The translations under genes and the position numbers were made by a program. From assembly GCA_964291395.2 (NCBI GenBank), contig OZ219858.1:992001-1056000 (forward strand): a stretch of 64,000 nt of DNA, written 5' to 3'. The DNA comes from Alphaproteobacteria bacterium. GTDB lineage: Bacteria > Pseudomonadota > Alphaproteobacteria > UBA2966. The first letter of the stretch is position 1. The number at the start of each line of letters is the position of its first letter. Shown here piece by piece: positions 60,639 through 64,000 of this stretch. Below the pieces are notes generated by a model. The model did not search any database. It had not been told where the DNA came from and saw nothing but the letters and a program-made list of their open reading frames with translations.

Positions 60639-60977
60639 ATGGATGTTGCGACGGAACGGCAGGACGACGTCTTGTCGGTCCTGGTGAGCGGTCGCATTGA
60701 CGGTTCCAATGCTGCGGCGTTCGAGGAGTCGGTTAGAGCGGCGATTTCGGACAGCGACCGAGCGGTGATCATGGACCTTGAGAAGCTTTCTTATATCAGC
60801 AGCGCGGGTCTTCGTGTTTTGCTGATGATTGCCAAGAATCTTTCGGGTCGGGACGCCAAGCTGGCGCTTTGCGCCATGTCGGATCAGATTCGGGAGGTTA
60901 TCGAGATAAGCGGTTTCGACAAGATCATCCCGGTTCACCCGTCCAAGGCCGAGGCGCTTGCGTCCCTGGACGGCTGA
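60639..60977 (+). CDS. STAS-domain anti-sigma factor antagonist (RsbV/SpoIIAA-like)
   Basis: GRID, DLEKLSYISSAGLRVLL, EISGF. Confidence 0.93.
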   Translation: MDVATERQDDVLSVLVSGRIDGSNAAAFEESVRAAISDSDRAVIMDLEKLSYISSAGLRVLLMIAKNLSGRDAKLALCAMSDQIREVIEISGFDKIIPVHPSKAEALASLDG

Positions 60978-61045
60978 TCTGGTGGGGTGGGCGTTTTCTG
61001 CGCCTTGTTTGTGGTTCTGGGTGCCGCGACGCGGGGGTCTGAGGG

Positions 61046-61468
61046 ATGGTCGCTGAGGTGTCCTTGCGCATGGGGGCGGCCCGGGAGGAGCTTCCGCGCG
61101 TACACGCGGCGCTTGAGGCGTTTGCGCGGGATGAGGGCTGGCCTTCTCGGCTTGAGTTTCAGATCAAGCTGGTCATCGAGGAGGTGGTCATGAACATCCT
61201 GAGTCATGGGTACGAGGATGGCGGCGATCACGACATCCTGATCGAGCTTGCCTCGGATGCGGAGAAGATCGGCATCGAGATTGTCGACGACGGTCGCCCG
61301 TACGATCCTCTGACGGAGGCGCCGGCACCGGATACCGAGGCGTCTCTCGCGGACCGTCCCGTGGGCGGGCTAGGCGTGTATCTCGTATGCGCGTTGATGG
61401 ACGAGGCCAGCTATCGGCGGGAGGACAACCTCAACCGCCTCGCCCTTACCAAACAAAAACCCGCGTAA
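61046..61468 (+). CDS. RsbW/SpoIIAB-like anti-sigma kinase (HATPase)
   Basis: EEVVMNILSHG, DDGRPYDP, GGLGVYL. Confidence 0.92.
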   Translation: MVAEVSLRMGAAREELPRVHAALEAFARDEGWPSRLEFQIKLVIEEVVMNILSHGYEDGGDHDILIELASDAEKIGIEIVDDGRPYDPLTEAPAPDTEASLADRPVGGLGVYLVCALMDEASYRREDNLNRLALTKQKPA

Positions 61469-61630
61469 CCAGACGTTCAGGCCGGTTGCATCCGACAACA
61501 AACAGAAACGCAGACGGCGCATGCCGCAGCGAAGGTATGCTTAAATCCTCCGGTTAATGAATGTTTAGATGGAAACGGAGAGCGAACCGGCGTATACGCA
61601 TATCCCTCTTGCCGCATGAGGAGCAGTGTC

Positions 61631-63016
61631 ATGCCCGGGAAATGGACGCCGGATAGCTGGCGCGGCCTGCCGATTCGGCAGCAGCCGGATTATCCGGATG
61701 CTGCCGCGCTGGAGGAGGCCCTGGATCGGATACGACGGCAGCCGCCGCTCGTCTTCGCGGGCGAGGCGCGCCGGTTGCGTTCGGCGCTGGCGGGTGTGGC
61801 GGAGGGACGGGCCTTTCTGCTGCAGGGCGGCGACTGCGCCGAGAGCTTCGCCGAATTCAGCGCGGACAACATCCGCGACACGTTCCGGGTTTTGATGCAG
61901 ATGGCGGTCGTCATGACGTTCGCGGCGGCCTGCCCCATCATCAAGGTCGGGCGCTTGGCGGGTCAGTTCGCCAAGCCGCGCAGCGCGCCGACGGAGGTCC
62001 AGGACGACGTGGAGCTTCCGAGCTATCGCGGCGATATCGTGAACGGCATGGAGTTTACGGCCGAGGCTCGGGCGGCCAACCCTTCCAGGCTTCTTCAGGG
62101 CTACCACCAATCTTCCGCGACCTTGAATCTGTTGCGGGCGGTCGCGCACGGCGGCTATGCCGACCTTCGCCGCGTTCACGGCTGGAATCTGGATTTCGTT
62201 TCCCGCACCGCTCAGGGCGAGAGATACGCCGGCCTCGCCGACCGTATCACTGAGGCCCTGAGCTTCATGGAGGCATGTGGCATCACCGGTGAGTCCGTGC
62301 CGGCCGTAAGAGAGGTGGACTTCTATACCTCGCATGAGGCCTTGCTGCTCGGTTTCGAGGAGGCCATGACCCGCGTCGATTCGACGACGGGCGACTGGTA
62401 CGACACCTCGGCTCACATGCTGTGGATCGGCGACCGTACCCGTCAGGAAGATGGTGCCCACGTCGAGTTCATGCGCGGGGTCTCCAATCCCATCGGCATA
62501 AAGGCGGGTCCCACGATCGCCCCCGACGAACTGTTGCGGTTGATCGATATCCTCGACCCGGCCGTAGAGCCTGGCCGCCTCACGGTCATCGTGCGCATGG
62601 GCGCCGACAAGGTTGGTGAGCGTCTGCCACCGCTCGTTCGCGCGGTTCGGCGGGAGGGCCGCAAGGTCGTGTGGTCTTGCGATCCGATGCACGGCAATAC
62701 GGTGAAGTCGGCGAACGGTTACAAGACCAGGATGTTCGATCGGATTCTGTCGGAGGTCCGGCAATTCTTCGACGTCCACATTGCGGAGGGAACTTACGCC
62801 GGCGGTGTGCATTTCGAGATGACGGGCCAGGACGTTACGGAATGCCTCGGCGGCGCGCAGGACATCACCGAGCGCTCGCTCGCGGATCGTTACCACACCC
62901 ATTGCGACCCGCGCCTCAACGCATCTCAGGCACTGGAGCTGGCGTTTCTGATCGCCGACTCCCTGAAGGAACAGCGCGCCAACGGTCAGCCCCCGATCGC
63001 CGCCGAGGCGTCCTGA
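61631..63016 (+). CDS. Class II DAHP synthase
   Basis: [39 protein letters not shown]. Confidence 0.97.
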   Translation: MPGKWTPDSWRGLPIRQQPDYPDAAALEEALDRIRRQPPLVFAGEARRLRSALAGVAEGRAFLLQGGDCAESFAEFSADNIRDTFRVLMQMAVVMTFAAACPIIKVGRLAGQFAKPRSAPTEVQDDVELPSYRGDIVNGMEFTAEARAANPSRLLQGYHQSSATLNLLRAVAHGGYADLRRVHGWNLDFVSRTAQGERYAGLADRITEALSFMEACGITGESVPAVREVDFYTSHEALLLGFEEAMTRVDSTTGDWYDTSAHMLWIGDRTRQEDGAHVEFMRGVSNPIGIKAGPTIAPDELLRLIDILDPAVEPGRLTVIVRMGADKVGERLPPLVRAVRREGRKVVWSCDPMHGNTVKSANGYKTRMFDRILSEVRQFFDVHIAEGTYAGGVHFEMTGQDVTECLGGAQDITERSLADRYHTHCDPRLNASQALELAFLIADSLKEQRANGQPPIAAEAS

Positions 63017-63228
63017 GTGTTGTTCCCGGCGCGAAACGACCGGCCGCGCACGGTGACTTATTAGGGCATGCCAGGCGCTTTCGGTTACGAGGTCTGCGGA
63101 CGGGCCGAACCCGATCCCTATGCAGTTCCCCGCACGGGTTTCGAAGAGGCCTTGGAGGCCTGCCGCGCCGGCCGCGACCCGCAGTGGGGATGATGGCGCC
63201 CGGAGTTGGCCGGCGTCAGCTCGAGGGA

Positions 63229-63696
63229 TCAGAACACCCCTGCTTCGAGGCCCGCAGCCACTGCCATTCCAAGCTCTTCGCATTGATCGACAAAGGTGTC
63301 CTGCCACTCTCCACGGCAGATCAACGGATCCTGGACGGCGCGCCATCTCAATCCCGTGACGATCGTTTCGACGCCCCGGCGCGTTCCAGTACCGTCCTGA
63401 CCCGCACGGATATAGAGGGCGTAGGGCAGCCCCTGAGTGTGTTCGAGGCAGGGATAGTAGCTTCGGTCGAAAAAATCCTTCAGCGCGCCGCTCATGTATC
63501 CAAGGTTCTCCGTCGTGCCGAGGATCACGGCCTGGGCCGCGAGGACATCGTCCGCCCCCGCTTGGAGAGGCGGGATCATCCGGACCGTCACGTTCCCGAT
63601 GTCGGGGTTCGTGGCGCCGCGTACCACCGCCTCTCTCAGCCGTTCCGTGTTGGGCGAGGGCGCATGGGCGACGATGAGCAAGCGGCGGAGGGTCAT
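63229..63696 (-). CDS. Flavodoxin family protein
   Basis: HAPSPNT, GTTENLGYMSGALKDFFDR, DGTGT. Confidence 0.88.
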   Translation of the reverse strand: MTLRRLLIVAHAPSPNTERLREAVVRGATNPDIGNVTVRMIPPLQAGADDVLAAQAVILGTTENLGYMSGALKDFFDRSYYPCLEHTQGLPYALYIRAGQDGTGTRRGVETIVTGLRWRAVQDPLICRGEWQDTFVDQCEELGMAVAAGLEAGVF

Positions 63697-63896
63697 GGAA
63701 GCGTGTCATCCTCTGGAACGATGCGGCCTCTACTCCGCCCGAATGAAATACCCACTCCGGACCCGTTTGGCGCCGTTGCCGGCCGCGAATGCTCCGGTCG
63801 GCACGAGCATTCCGACAAGCACTACGACAAGCCACGGCCCGACCGGTACACGAACCGTTTTCCCTTGTCTTCCGGTCCCCATTGATGCCGGCGCGG

Positions 63897-64000
63897 TCAC
63901 GCCATGCCCACGGGGGTCGGCTTGACCGCGATTTCATCATCCGGGCGAGAGGCGATCATGTCCTCCAATTCCTTGCGGACGGACCGGGCGCCGCCGTCGT
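63897..64000 (-). CDS. 3' end of an unidentified CDS entering from beyond the window
   Basis: Open frame ...RKELEDMIASRPDDEIAVKPTPVGMA-stop. Confidence 0.4.
   Translation of the reverse strand, partial: DGGARSVRKELEDMIASRPDDEIAVKPTPVGMA

Noticed and set aside
1-64000. CRISPR arrays, tRNA, rRNA, riboswitches
   Set aside because: No regularly spaced repeats or recognisable RNA gene motifs found by eye; a covariance-model search was not possible

Overview
High-GC bacterial DNA, most consistent with an alphaproteobacterium (inferred from gene content and the fabI-aroC / tlyA-xseB-HDAC order). Backbone genes include Sel1, fabI, aroC, Kef transporter, tlyA, xseB, HDAC-family protein, an RND pump, a fatty-acyl-CoA cluster, sua5, modABC and class II DAHP synthase. 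No rRNA, tRNA or CRISPR array was seen. Several accessory inserts are recognisable from duplicated gene ends. (i) A ~13.8 kb island sits between xseB and the HDAC gene, bounded by a degenerate copy of the HDAC 3' end. (ii) A nested two-TA-module insert lies upstream of sua5, with a tyrosine-recombinase remnant. (iii) A glycosyltransferase insert shares a 23-nt end motif with (ii). An ispA scar shows deletion at the ispA-dxs site, and modC is scrambled. A catabolic region (43-56 kb) has two MsmA-like Rieske alpha subunits around one beta subunit, two TauE exporters and a TauD enzyme. The best novel-system candidate is a coupled three-gene operon at 56416-60004: a possible divergent sigma-like protein, an anti-sigma-like protein with a central LAAAAA motif, and a membrane-anchored Lon-like protease fused to an FGE/C-lectin-fold domain. 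All alignments were done by eye; no database searches were run.
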